Of a DNA stretch of 64,000 nt, positions 1-12,594 are shown in pieces. The notes under the pieces are model-generated. The model did no database searches. It was not told the DNA's origin and saw only the letters and a list, made by a program, of their open reading frames with translations. The number at the start of each line of letters is the position of its first letter. Positions within the stretch are counted from its first letter, which is position 1. The translations under genes and the position numbers were made by a program. Source of the stretch: Eledone cirrhosa (taxonomy: Eukaryota); assembly GCA_964016885.1 (NCBI GenBank), contig OZ024764.1, positions 21,824,001 to 21,888,000 on the forward strand. Direction: 5' to 3'.

Positions 1-1130
1 TTGCTGAGTGATGCCAAGACACCCTCGGCCTTCTTGACAATCTTAGAGACATGCTTTGTCCAACGCAAATCGTTGCTGACAGTAATGCCCAGGTCACGTT
101 CACAAGAGGACTTTTTGATATCAGTGTTGTGGAGGGAGTATGTGGACGCTGGATTTTTCCTTCCAAAATGCATGGTGGTACACTTATCCACAGCCAGCTT
201 CAGTTGCCAGTCTGTGATCCATTGCTGCATTGTGTCCAGGTCTGATTGTAGGAAAGAGTTGTAAATTTCAGGATCAGTCCTTTTGATTTCAGGGTACAGC
301 TTGATGTCATCTGCATATTTCAGTACCATGGCATTCTGTAAGTTGGCATCTATGTCATTAATATATGCCACAAACAAAAGAGGACCAAGAACAGATCCCT
401 GTGGTAGACCAGATGACATCTCATATGGTGAAGAATGCTGTCCTAGAACCGTGACTACTTCCTTTCGGCTGAGAATGAAGGATTTCAACCAGTCGAAAAG
501 ATCATCCCTCACACCCATTGCAGAGAGTTTTGCCATAAGTCTTTTGTGTGGCACAGAATTAAAAGCCTTAGCAAAGTCAAGGTAAACAACATCCACCCAT
601 GAGCCGCTGTCAGTGATCCGGGTGATGTCCTCAAGGAACTCGATAAGCTGATCACAGCAGCTGGAGTTAGGGATAAATCCAAACTGTGAGGGCCGGATGA
701 GGCAGTGAGAGCTCCAGAAGTTCCAAAGTGTTTCTCTGACACAGGATTCCATCAGTTTGGCCATACAGCTAGTAAGACTGACTGGACGATAGTTGACAGG
801 TGACATGCGGTTGCTCTTTTTGAACAGGGGAATGACACTGGCAGTTTTCCACTGCTCCGGAGTAGCACCATTGTTGAGACAGTATTGAAAGAAGAAAGAA
901 AGCTGGCGCAAAAGGAAATACCCACCACATTTGAGAAGCAGGTATGTCACACCATCAAGACCAGGGGGGGCATAGTTGCGCTTATTCTTAAGGTGACGTC
1001 GCAACATTGCAGGTGTAAATTCCATAGTTGTTATGGAATTTGATGTTAGAGATGGTGGAGATGGTACATTCTGGTTTTCAACAGTAAAAATACTTGCATA
1101 GCACTCAGCAACGAGTTCTGCGCATTCCTT
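1..1130 (-). mobile_element. Degenerate LINE reverse transcriptase fragment (CR1/L2-group), cut by window start
   Basis: Minus strand reads WKTASVIPLFKK..NYRPVSLTS, YLDFAKAFNSVPH, PQGSVLGPLLF, KYADDIKL, with frameshifts. Confidence 0.88.
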
Positions 1131-1133
1131 GAT

Positions 1134-1270
1134 TGGTCACTTATACTTATGTTAAGGTATTGTTCTCAAAATAAATAACATGAAAATCTCATAGATTTGA
1201 TATTATGAGAGATAAAGCATTTACTGTGAAAATATAATAGTAAATATTGAGTAATGTGAATACTAAAGTG
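1134..1270. mobile_element. Right half of piggyBac-type MITE
   Basis: Homologous to complete MITE at 62237-62444; ends ATACTAAAGtG-TTAA. Confidence 0.65.
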
Positions 1271-1273
1271 TTA

Positions 1274-1995
1274 ATCTAATGTCACTAATAACTACTTTTA
1301 TCAGTCAGTTTAATCTAAAGTCACTAATAACTACTTTTATCAGTCAGTATAATCTAATGTCACTAATAACTACTTTTATCAGTCAGTTTAATCTAAAGTC
1401 ACTAATAACTACTTTTATCAGTCAGTATAATCTAATGTCACTAATAACTACTTTTATCAGTCAGTATAATCTAAAGTCACTAATAACTACTTTTATCAGT
1501 CAGTATAATCTAATGTCACTAATAACTACTTTTATCAGTCAGTATAATCTAAAGTCACTAATAACTACTTTTATCAGTCAGTATAATCTAATGTCACTAA
1601 TAACTACTTTTATCAGTCAGTATAATCTAATGCCACTAATAACTACTTTTATCAGTCAGTATAATCTAATGTCACTAATAACTACTTTTATCAGTCAGTA
1701 TAATCTAATGTCACTAATAACTACTTTTATCAGTCAGTTTAATCTAATGTCACTAATAACTACTTTTATCTGTCAGTATAATCTAATGTCACTAATAACT
1801 ACTTTTATCAGTCAGTTTAATCTAAAGTCACTAATAACTACTTTTATCTGTTAGTATAATCTAATCTCACTAATAACTACTTTTATCAGTCAGTATAATC
1901 TAATGTCACTAATAACTACTTTTATCAGTCAGTTTAATCTAATGTCACTAATAACTACTTTTATCAGTCAGTTTAATCTACTACCACTAATAACT
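1274..1995. repeat. 39-bp minisatellite, ~18 copies
   Basis: Unit AATCTAATGTCACTAATAACTACTTTTATCAGTCAGTAT. Confidence 0.97.
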
Positions 1996-2120
1996 AACCT
2001 ATGTTAGGCAGCACATTCTTCACCAAGGAAGGCCTTAGTATTTATTACAGTCCATTTATCAATATAGAAATATTATATGAAATTTGTACTGATGTATTAC
2101 AAGTTTCTGAGTATCTTATA

Positions 2121-2957
2121 ATGTTCTTTTATTATTTCAGAATACCAGAGGACATTGGCATTAAAGAGCACGTAACATAAGACATATCCTCAATATTAAC
2201 CATTTCTAATGAAAGACACTACCCATCATTTTCAAATAATTTTGAAAACACTCAACACTTTGAAGGGATTTAGTAATATAATTAAATTTCTCAGTATTAA
2301 GCTGCTATTTGGAACATAATTTTGCACAATTTCATGAAGTTACAATGGAAAGTTTTTAGATAAATATAAAGACTGGTATGAAAAGGATAAAACACTTTTA
2401 TATCAGTTGTTTCATCAACACTATTATTTAAAGATTAAAGGAAGCTGTTATACAGAACAGATACAACCTTGTTTATATAAATCTATGGGAGAAATACTGG
2501 GAAATATTTCTTCTAAACTCAATAACACTTCTATTCTTTGCTGTCTGGAATATGTAGAAGATACAAAATAAAGCTGAAGAAATTTACACATGATTTTATA
2601 AGATCTTCATATATTGACAAAGACGATAGTTGATGGAACTACAGGAGTAGAAATATTTCCATTATTACAGGAATAACTAATCAAATAAAAACCAGAAAAA
2701 TTAGATTCTTCACTGTCTGGAATATGTACAAGATGATTTTATATGTATATTAAACTTGAAGACATCTACAAAACAGTTTGTATCATCTTTAAATATAAAG
2801 AAAGACCAAGTTGATGGAAATATATCTGGAGGAATATGTTTTAGGAATAATATTATAAATATAAAGAAGAAAAATATCCATATATTGACAGAAGAAAAAT
2901 ATTAAAACTGTGAATTATGTGAGAAACTGAGGTCATTGATATCTTTTAGTAGGAGAT
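2121..2957 (+). other. Splice acceptor (AG ends 2140) and putative 5'UTR part of ZNF exon
   Basis: ttcttttattatttcag|AATACC conserved at 17587, 41676 and 63080. Confidence 0.65.
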
Positions 2958-3905
2958 ATGTCGAAAAATATAGTAAAATCACCATTCCACTGTGATATCT
3001 GTGGTAAATCATTCTCTCGTAGTAATCAGCTAACTACTCCCAAACGTAGTCATACAGGAGAGAAGCCTTATCACTGTGAAATCTGTGGTAAATCATTCAG
3101 TTACGGTAGTAGCATCAGAGTTCACAAGCAAATTCATACAGGAGAGAAGCCACATCACTGTGACATCTGTAGTAAATCATTCTCTTGCAGAGATAGCTTA
3201 ACTACTCACAAACGTATTCATACAGGAGAGAAGCCATATCACTGTGATATCTGCGGTAAATCATTCGCTGACAGAAGTTGCTTAGCTACCCACAGACGTA
3301 CTCATACAGGAGAGAAGCCATATCACTGTGACATCTGCGGTAATTCATTCTCTCAGAGCAATCACCTAACTACTCACAAACGTATTCATACAGGAGAGAA
3401 GTCATATCAGTGTGACATCTGTGGTAATTCATTCTCTCATAGTAATAACCTAACTACTCACAAACGTACTCATACGGGAGACAAACCATATCACTGTGAC
3501 ATCTGTGGTAAATCATTTGCTGACAGAAGTTGCTTAGCTACCCACAGACGTACTCATACAGGAGAGAAGCCATATCACTGTGACATCTGTGGTAAATCAT
3601 TCTCTCAAAGTAATCACCTAACTCTCCACAAACGTACTCATACAGGAGAGAAGCCATATCACTGTGACATCTGTGGTAAATCATTCTCTCGTAGTAATCA
3701 CCTAACTATCCACAAACGTACTCATACAGGAGAGAAGCCATATCACTGTGACATCTGTGGTAAATCATTCTCTCATAGTAATCACCTAACTCTCCACAAT
3801 CGTACTCATACAGGAGAGAAGCCATATCACTGTGACATCTGTGGTAAATCATTCTCTCTTAGAGGTAACTTAACCAGGCATGTGCGTATTCATACAGAAG
3901 TTTAG
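2958..3905 (+). CDS. C2H2 zinc-finger protein, 11 tandem fingers (ZNF-A); finger 1 has His-to-Pro
   Basis: Intact 315-aa ORF of CxxC-x12-HxxxH repeats with TGEKP linkers and no recognisable effector domain. Confidence 0.95.
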   Translation: MSKNIVKSPFHCDICGKSFSRSNQLTTPKRSHTGEKPYHCEICGKSFSYGSSIRVHKQIHTGEKPHHCDICSKSFSCRDSLTTHKRIHTGEKPYHCDICGKSFADRSCLATHRRTHTGEKPYHCDICGNSFSQSNHLTTHKRIHTGEKSYQCDICGNSFSHSNNLTTHKRTHTGDKPYHCDICGKSFADRSCLATHRRTHTGEKPYHCDICGKSFSQSNHLTLHKRTHTGEKPYHCDICGKSFSRSNHLTIHKRTHTGEKPYHCDICGKSFSHSNHLTLHNRTHTGEKPYHCDICGKSFSLRGNLTRHVRIHTEV

Positions 3906-4100
3906 CTGTATCAATATCAAACTCATTACATCATACTACAACAAATGTGTAGATCCATCATCCTTGCTAAAACTGGGGATAACCTTGTAGGTTTTACCTA
4001 GGACAGGGATTATAAACACCAGGTTTCCATTTTTGAAGCAGTGTTTGAAGATTTTGTGTAAATTAAAGTTTTTCACATTAAACTTTGATTTATTATACTT

Positions 4101-4171
4101 TAACAGGTAAGATATATATTTGTATTTTTAGTAAAGGTTGGGAACTTCTGTAATTTAAACCTGCCAATAAA
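4101..4171 (+). promoter_or_regulatory. 3'UTR splice-donor consensus (CAG|GTAAGA, 4106/4107) and AATAAA (4166-4171)
   Basis: Both motifs conserved after ZNF-B (donor 19114) and ZNF-D (donor 48665). Confidence 0.5.
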
Positions 4172-4534
4172 ATGAAAACTTTTGTTGTTGCTAGTCAGAC
4201 ATTGGTATTAATTCTATTGTCCTGTACATTGTCTCAAATATCACAGATTAAACAGATTTTAACAATATCAACAGAAATCAATAACTTGTAAGCCTAATAT
4301 CTAGCTTCCATTTTAACTATTTGATATTGTTGTTCCCCTCCTGTCACTTCAGGTCTTTTAGATTTCAACTTCTATCTACTGTACTATTCCATCACCAAGG
4401 CAACATTCATCTGGCTGGCAGCTTACATCAACTACAGATCTCATCAGTGGTTCACAACAAGCTGTCTGAAAGAAACTTCCAGATATCTTCTATATCATAG
4501 CTATCAATCTCCTCCTCCTTATCATATGTACCAC

Positions 4535-5045
4535 TCTCACAGTCCCTCTAGATCTTATATTTAACAAGGAGATCTTTTACTATCTCTACCCTTTTCTCTA
4601 GGTTGTCTTGTAGCACTCTCACAGTCCCTATAGATCTTATATTTAACGGGGAGATTCTTTACTGTCTCTACTCTTTTCTCTAGGTTGTCTTGTACCTCTC
4701 TCACAGTCCCTATATATATCTTATATTTAACAGGGAGATCTTTTACTATCCCTACCCTTTTCTCTAGATTGTCTTGTATCTCTTTTACAGTCCCTCTAGA
4801 TCTTATATTTAACAGGGAGATCTTTTACTAGCCCTACCCTTTTCTCTAGGTTTTCTTTTACCTCTCTCACAGTCCCTCTAGATCTTATATTTAACAGGGA
4901 GATCTTTTACTCTCCAACCCTTTTCTCTAGGTCGTCTTGTACCTCCCTCACAATCCCTGTAGATCTTATATTTAACAGGGAGATCTTTTACTCTCCAACC
5001 CTTCTACAGATAGTCTTGTATATGTCATTCCCTCTAGATCTTACA
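4535..5045. repeat. 82-bp tandem repeat, ~6 copies
   Basis: CAGTCCCTCTAGATCTTATATTTAACAGGGAGATC... recurs at 4540, 4622, 4704, 4788, 4870, 4952. Confidence 0.92.
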
Positions 5046-5333
5046 CCTCGTATCTAGTCTATGTTGAGTGGTACGTCTTTCTCCAGTAAAGGAGTTAATA
5101 TTCCCAACCATGTGTCTATCCTGTTTTCTGATGAGAATGAAGTCAATCTAGTTTATCTCTTCACCTGATTGAAGTAACTAGATCAAGTAACTAGATGGTT
5201 TCCTGTAAGTTAGTGTTGCAGTGTTTGTGTCACCATGTAAGGTTTATATCTATTAATATAGAGATGTAGTAAAGTTTTCACTGTTGTATCTCTACTTTCT
5301 AAATATCTTAATAATGTTTCTCTACTATTTCAG

Positions 5334-5690
5334 AATATCACATGACCTTGACAGAAAAGAGTCCTTTAAAGACAACAGAAAGATGTTACATACAAGTGAT
5401 ATAAACTTGTTTAGTCTGTGGTGAATTATGGTGAAATATTTCTTCTGAATTGAGATAAATATTTTCCTTTTTCACTGTCTGGAATATTTACAAGATGATT
5501 TTACATTCTGATTAAACTTTAGATATTTACAAAGGAGTTTTCAAAATATTTGGATATTGACAAAGATCACATTTGGTAAAAATTATGAACAATAGAAATA
5601 TTTACATCAACATAGGAATATTTTCCAGAAGAGATGGGAAAATCATTATACCACTGTAATATTTGTGGTAAAGTATTCTCTCTTCTTTAT
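5334..5690 (+). pseudogene. Relic of an older ZNF exon (acceptor, UTR homolog and half finger)
   Basis: ctatttcag|AATATC; similar to the 5'UTR exon; ends FPEEMGKSLYHCNICGKVFS. Confidence 0.75.
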
Positions 5691-5824
5691 ATGTAGAACA
5701 TCTAACTAAACACTTTAACTAACAAACTATTGTGCTATAGAATTGACAAACTTGAGCAATGTTTAATAAATGTTACAGATTTCTCCAAACTGTCGTTTAC
5801 TAACTTTAATTTGAAGCTATATTA

Positions 5825-6187
5825 TCTATATACTACTAAAACTGTGATTGTGTCTTGTCTAATTTAATACAGCTAAAACAGTGCATAATGGGGAAATACT
5901 TTGAAAAGAATAAAACAATTTTTGTATAAATTGGAGCACAGGTTCCCAAGATTCAAGGTTTTCTGGGTACCTTGATATATATAGGGAGAGAAAGAGATAG
6001 TGGTTGTGAGAGTGAGGAGACAGATGGAAGAGAGAGAGAGAGAGCTGGTGGTGTTGTTTAATAAAATGTGTGTGTGTATATATATATATACGTATGTGTA
6101 TATTTTAACTATTTAAAAATTATTTTTAAATGACTTTTAAAAAATAGTTTTAAGGGAACGTGACCCAACAGGTCCCGGGTGGTCTAG
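5825..6187 (+). mobile_element. Non-autonomous Helitron, family 1
   Basis: A|TCTATATACT...GTGACCCAACAGGTCCCGGGTGGTCTAG|T: 5' TC, subterminal hairpin, CTAG end, A/T target. Confidence 0.75.
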
Positions 6188-6594
6188 TTTGTTACTAAAT
6201 ACTAGATATTAGAGGGTCATGTTGTTCTAGATGTGCTGGAAGAGCTATTCCATCTTGTGAGGTTCACACCAGCAGCTAGCCACCTCAGCACCTATGGTGG
6301 TATATTTATTATATTATTTATTCTTTATCATTAACATTAATATAAAAGATAATTATATATTTTTAGAGAAGAACCTCTAATTTTATATAGCTTAGGGCTT
6401 CAGTAGGTAAAAGTCTGGCCCTGCTTGTCTTGTATTTTTTAGGGGAGAAGTTAGGGAATACTGTTATTGTGTGAAAGTTTTCTAAATCTTCTTCAGCCAC
6501 TAACATGGAGAAGATATTTCAGTAAAAAGGTTCACATCCTGACATCTATAGCTGTTAACAATGAGATTGGAATTCATTATTAAACAAATGTTAT

Positions 6595-7078
6595 ATCATC
6601 ATCACTGTTTTACATCAGTTTTTTCACTCTGGCATGGGTTAGACGAGTTATCCTGTTGTAAGCAAGGCCAGGTCAGGTGACCACGTGTTGCTCCTACAGA
6701 ACAAATTTTGGATTGGTTTCTACAGCTGGATGCCCTTCCTAGCACCAACCTTATTTACATTGAGTACTGGGTGCATTTTACCATCTCACCATCACGACCT
6801 CTTTACAGTGTGGGCTGGGTGCTTTTTGTTGTGACACCTATATGACCACTTTACAGTGTGGGCTGGGTGCTTTTTGTTGTCACCTACATGACCACTTTAC
6901 AGTGTGGGCTGGGTGCTTTTTGTTGTGACACCAACATGACCACTTTAAAGTTTTGGCTGGTTTCTTTTTGTCATATCACCTACATGACCACCTTATAATG
7001 TTGACTGTGTTCTTTGCAGTGTGGGTTGGGTGCTTTTTGTCATATCACCTACCCAACCACTTTGCAGTGTGGGCAGTG
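6595..7078 (-). repeat. RTE-3'UTR/SINE tail with 48-bp minisatellite
   Basis: Reverse complement of the RTE 3'UTR (AGGAAGGGCATCCAGCTGTAGAAA...(GAT)n); unit ATGACCACTTTACAGTGTGGGCTGGGTGCTTTTTGTTGTGACACCTAC. Confidence 0.85.
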
Positions 7079-7189
7079 AAATATCAGTAATGCACCAGCT
7101 CCAATATTAAGTAATCAGAAGAAGGGAGGTAGGCATAAAAGCCAAACTTGCTGTCTTCAATTAGGTTTTTGTGCCAACCCTTACCTATG

Positions 7190-7600
7190 GTCACATATCT
7201 TGGGTAATGACCAAAAGAATATGATTGCGAATACAAGTGGCAGATATGGGATTCATCTGAAGGGTCTTTGAAGGAATGTTTCTCAATAAAGTGCATAGCT
7301 CTGAGATCAGAGAGTCACTCCAGGTGGAGCTGTTACTTCTCCTATTTGAGAGATCACAGCTGCAATACTATGGCCATGTGGTTAGAATGTCTGAGGAAAG
7401 AATCACTGGATAGATTTTACAGGCAAAACTAACCAGCAGGAGACCCAGGGGTAGACCTGAGCAAGATGGTCACATAACATCCATGAGCTTGGCTGGTCTC
7501 TCTGGGAGATCCAGCCAGATCAGTTGGAGTGGGTTTCTTCTGACAGGACCTGTTGGAGGGAGTGTTTGAGGACTCTGCCCCCAAGACCCTCTCTGGAATG
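7190..7600 (+). mobile_element. RTE-type LINE 3' coding fragment (also ~22130-22540, ~53090-53490)
   Basis: SQLQYYGHVVRMSEER..RRPRGRP motif. Confidence 0.65.
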
Positions 7601-7919
7601 ACTGAATTAATAAGAAGAGGTTGAGGTTACATCATCAACATCAGATTTCCCTGCTAGCAAGGGTTTAATGAGTCTACTTCAACCAAGTAAGTACTGAAGT
7701 GAGGCTACTGATCTCCCAGACAGACCAAGGATCTGACACTTATTTACATAAGGTCTCATTAGCTACTGAGTGCACAGAAAAGGTTGTCATGTCTTTGTCA
7801 TGATTGAAGGGTTCTCCAACACTATTGTCGGGCAAGCTTTCTATAGCTAGATGTCCTTCACATGACCAACCACATTACAGCCTGTGTTGGGTGTGTTTAT
7901 CATGTAGGTGAGGCATAAC

Positions 7920-9937
7920 AAACTGAGGGTTCCCCAAGGGCCACATAGGTCACATGTGTTGTCTGAGGGTTGCACACTACAACTAATTATGTACATTACA
8001 ACTAATTAAAGTCATTTAATAAAATTTAATATAAAAAGATTTGTTACTTAAATTTAGAAACATACAATGTACATACAAATGTTTTAGCAGCATTCATGAA
8101 TACAAAGTAATGAAGTAGTTTGATAAAAAACTAAAATTTAACATGTCAACATATACTTGCAGATTGTAACGGCAACAAATACATTGTACACAAATAACAA
8201 CAGTTGAAAACTGAACATTTATTTGCTACTATTCAACCATTTTTAGTGTTTTGTCCTGAGGCTTGACACTTCTTTCTGTTGACTATTTTTGGTATGTCTG
8301 GCTGAAATGTCTGTACAGTTTCAACTTTAATCAGAGATGACAAGTGTTGATCTGTCAGCCTTGTTCTCTGAGAAGTTTTTGTTAAGCTAAGTACAGACTC
8401 AGTATGGGCAGTGATTTTCAGCTCTTTGCACATAAGAAAATGAATTAAATTTTCCTCTGACAACGGAGACTTCCATAAGCTAAGTTTTCTAATGAAGAAC
8501 TTGATGTCATCATACAACTGAGTGATGGGTTTGTTTTTACCTTGTAATTTCAAATTAAGGTCAGTTAATTGTGCAGTAATATCCACAAATAAAGCCAGAT
8601 GTTGGAGCCAACTTTCATCTTTTGTTTCATCTGTGTTTTGACTTTTCATCTCCAAAAACATAATTATTTCAGCACTTTGTGACATGTCAACCAGCAGACT
8701 TCTGTGTCGAATGGAACATTGGTGAACTGATTATCCATATCTTCCAACAACTGGCTGAACTGACGGTGGTTGAGAGCACGGCTTCTGATTTAGTTCACTG
8801 TCTTTGTGACCAAGCTAAGCACATGATGCAATTTTAAAATCTTTGAACATAAATTTTGCTTATGAATAATACAGTGAAAATGTGCAAATGATGAATCTAG
8901 ATATGAGTTTTCTATTTTTGTTTGTAACTTGGCAGCAACACCATTATGTCTACCAACCATATTTGCAGCACTGTCAGTAGATAAACATGCAAGTTTACTC
9001 AGATCAAAACCATGCAGACCCTGCTTGACCTTCTCAAAGATGTCCTGGCTCGTTATAGTGTCATGCATGGGGACCAGTTCAATCAGTTCTTCATAAATAT
9101 TAAATTCACTGTCACAGGCCCTGATGAAGAATGCAAGCTGTACTATTTCAGTGATGTCAACAGTCTCTTCAATAGCAATAGAAACATGTTCAAACCTTGA
9201 TGATACAGCCTTTAACTGTTGTTTCAGATCACCTGACATTTCATTAATCTGTTCAGCAACAGTGTTACTCGTTAATGAAATGTCTTTGAATAACTCTGCT
9301 TTCTCTGTACAATTTCAGCTGTTTTTACAAGACATTGCTTTACAAAATCTCCTTCACTGTAAGATTTCCCACTCATGGCAATCATTCGACTGAGTTCATA
9401 GCTTGCAGTAACGGAAGTGACATTCTCTTCCTGAATTAACATAAAACAGGTCTATTGCTGTGTCAAGTTAGACTTCAATTCCTTGAGTCTTGAAACACAC
9501 ATTGGGCCTTCATATTTATCGTAAGATCGAGGGTTTCTTTCATAATGTCTTTTTAAATTGTACTCTTTTGGCGTGGAGATGTAGTTGTTGCAAATTAAAC
9601 AGTGTATCTTTCTGTTCACCATTGGGCAAAAATACTGTAATTCCCACTTTTCTTGAAACACTTGCCCTTCTTCGTTCAATTTCCTTTTTCTCTTAGCTGG
9701 AGGAGCACTAACCATTTCAAAAACAAAAACTTTTGAAATTTTGAAAGAAAGTTTTCTGTTAATGAGCTGCACGTGATTAATGGAAGTTAAAAGTAGTTGA
9801 CAAAAATTGCACAAAAAAAACAATTGTATCTAAAAATTTTTAAATTTTATATTACGAAAATGAAACATGCTCGCATGTAAAAACCTTTGTGTGGGCCGCA
9901 GGTTTGCTTGCAAAGGGCCGCATGTTTGACAGGTCTG
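7920..9937 (-). mobile_element. Defective hAT transposon (SPIN/Charlie/GTF2IRD2-like), copy 1
   Basis: FQEKWELQYF..CLIC..KEYNLKRHY, SIAIEETVDI, STDSAANM, HCIIH, R.RLTDQHL; terminus CAGACCTGTCAAACATGCGGCCC at 9937. Confidence 0.92.
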
Positions 9938-10099
9938 ATGTGGGTTACCAACACTAGGGAGGGCAGCATGTCCTTCAATGTCTTCTGCTACATTAACTAC
10001 CAGGAGGTCACCACATGACACAAAGACATTTCAAAGAAGGGTCACAAAAGAACTAAATACAAAAGTACCCACAATTCAGGAAAAAGCAAATAATTGAGC

Positions 10100-10505
10100 T
10101 TTGGGTCTAGGTTAATGGGGCAGAAGTGCTGTGGCCTGTGGACAAGACTACAAAAGTATCCCCCCCCCTGGTCGATGGACAGTTACACCCACTGGAACAA
10201 CCACCCCAACCTCATGGAGCTCCCTCTTCAGAAGAGCCACCAACGTTCTGATCTTACAGAGGAGCTTGGCAGTACGGGGTCCAAGTACTTCTGAGGTCTC
10301 GATGGTGACCGGTGTGAAGAGACCTACAATTGAAGTCATCCCAGTTATGTTGGACTGTAATATACTGGGGTATAGAGAGGCCTTAACCTGTCTCAGCCGG
10401 GCCACCCAGGGTTGTGTCATCTAGGTACCAGACAGGGGTGACTAGACCATGTTGTCAACTGTCAGCACCAATAGGAGTGAGGCGAGTGGGTCCCCTTGCT
10501 AGACA
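10100..10505 (-). mobile_element. Internally deleted CRE-clade non-LTR fragment (also ~25340-25750, ~55880-56290)
   Basis: QGDPLASLL, VWYLDDTTLGG joined to the C-terminal FTPVTIETSEVLGPRT motif. Confidence 0.7.
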
Positions 10506-10752
10506 CCATATATAAAACGTATTTGCTAATTACTTTAGTGAATAATTTGTTTCATACGTAATTATTACTTTTAACACAATAGGATTTTGTACACGTGTTT
10601 GTTTGAAAACATCTTTCAAAGAAGTATGAGACAGTCTTTTGTAGTGTTTATTATAGTAAATTACTGTATGTTGAGCTGTTTTAACTTCTCCACCTTCTAT
10701 TATTTTATATTGTTTTTGTAAAAAAATGAGATCTTTTTCATATATATATATG

Positions 10753-10975
10753 AAGGCGTGTGGCTGAGTGGTTAGAGAATTGGATTCGGAATTGTGAGGT
10801 TGTGAGTTCGATTCCCAGACCGGGCGATGCGTTATGTCCTTGAGCAAGACATCTTATTTCACGTTGCTCCTTCTACCTGGAGTTGCGACCGATAGATAGT
10901 ATTAGCAATTGGAAAGACCAATGGAAACATTGTTTCCTCGGTCCGATTTGACGAAAAGTCGATCATAAAAAATAT
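10753..10975 (+). mobile_element. tRNA-derived SINE (copy at 56538-56760; partial at 25890-25980)
   Basis: A box TGGCTGAGTGG, B box GAGTTCGATTC, non-tRNA body, TA flanks. Confidence 0.85.
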
Positions 10976-11259
10976 ATATAGAGAGAGAGAGAGAAACACA
11001 CAAACATACACTACTGTATTACATATGTAAGGGGAGACAACTCTCGTTACATCCACCCTTCTTTTTGATATACGTCCATTAAATACTTTGTACAATGGAA
11101 TCTGCTTTATTTTGTGTCCTAAGTAGATTTCTGTTTAATTATTTACGAGATTCACAATGATTCACGTAACCAAGTTACTTACATAGAGATATATTTCACA
11201 TAGAATCACCACAAATGAAAATATTAAGTCAACACTCTGTCAATCAGTCTCACATCACA

Positions 11260-11862
11260 TGGGGTGCTGGAGTCTCCTTCTAATACTTTCTGAGACAGTC
11301 TTACCTCGAGTGATAGCAAGGCTAAGATGTTGGAACTACCAAACACCCTCATATGTATCACCTGACACCTCGGTAAGGAGAGCTCCCTACGATAACAAGA
11401 ACCTCGTTGTCAGGGACCTATCTCCTCCAAACTTCTCCAACACCACAGACTAGAATATTCTACTCTTTATTCCCTATCAAATATATTTCAGTCTAGTCAT
11501 TTATCATGTATCTTGTATATGTATTTTGAAAACTAACTGTCACATTTGTAAGACCCCAGTTAGTGATGTTTTTCTCTCCCTCCCACATCCTACATGCTGT
11601 AGTAAAAGTGAGGGTCACTGCTTCTGTAGACGAACGAAATAAAAGTTAAACTACCAGTAATTATCGGCAAAGTATTTATTCCAGTCTGTGATGTTTGAGA
11701 AGCTGGCCTGCTGACAACGAAGTTGTTGTCACTGTTGGCGGCTGGCTTTACCGAAGTACCCGATGACTCTTGTCAGGGTACTTAGCTGTTCTGACGTTAT
11801 GCCTCCACCTGACCCGATCTTAACGAGATACCCGGTGATCTCTGTCAGGGTACTTAGCTGTC
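11260..11862. repeat. Fold-back element with long imperfect inverted repeats, upstream of promoter
   Basis: 11320-11415 is the diverged reverse complement of 11705-11790; copies at 32710-33310, 44337-45220, partial 56955-57270. Confidence 0.65.
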
Positions 11863-11940
11863 CTATTTTAATTACATTTACTGATTTCAACTTCATTTTT
11901 CTATTACAAACTTTACATAATTTAATTCGGTAAAAATATT

Positions 11941-12073
11941 TTACGTCACAAAAAAACATTGAAGCATGCGCAGTGGTGCAGTTGACGACTTCCTGTCCAC
12001 GTGTCAGTCTTTCTACAACAACATTTAGACAACATTTCTGTAAATACTAAACATCTGAGACTATAATGTAAGT
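11941..12073 (+). promoter_or_regulatory. Putative Pol II promoter and non-coding exon 1 of ZNF-B
   Basis: TTACGTCA (CRE-like), GCATGCGCA (NRF1-like), ACTTCCTG (ETS), CACGTG (E-box), TCAGTC (Inr), donor AT|GTAAGT at 12067/12068. Confidence 0.7.
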
Positions 12074-12594
12074 ATTATGTCTATTAATATTGTAGATTTA
12101 AGCTCACTCTTCACATCACAAATATATATTTTCTTGTTTGTTTCATTACTGGAAATATAAAATGTTATCGTAATTATCTATATTTTACCTACCTCTAATT
12201 AATTAAAGTGAAAACTTTTGTTGTTGCTGAAAAATAAATTAACAAAACTAAATATTTAAATATTCTAAAGGTCGTTTTTATATTATGTGATGATATAATT
12301 AATATATTTTATTACAATTATATAAATTTACAGTAGAATAACGTTGTAAATATGTTTTAAATATATACATAAATAACATAAGTGTGTAAATAACATTATA
12401 AATTGCTGGCAATTCCTTGAGAAAGACATTACAAATATATTGTCTAAACTGTGTATAATAATATAATTTATTGAACAATAATGATAAAGGAAAGAAAAAC
12501 ACAGTGGGAGATGGCAATTGACCACCAGGTGTGATAATAGGCCACACCTCACACCTTAGGGGTTAACTACACACTTTGAGGCAAGCCAACACAC

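Noticed and set aside
1279-1854. 191-aa repetitive ORF (and 62453-62947)
   Set aside because: By-product of a 39-bp (3n) stop-free minisatellite; copy number varies from 0 to 18 and it lies in a predicted intron
2949-2957. Shine-Dalgarno-like AGGAGA before ZNF ATGs
   Set aside because: Eukaryotic locus; coincidental
10753-10830. tRNA gene
   Set aside because: Has A/B boxes but continues into a repeated SINE body, and no convincing acceptor stem
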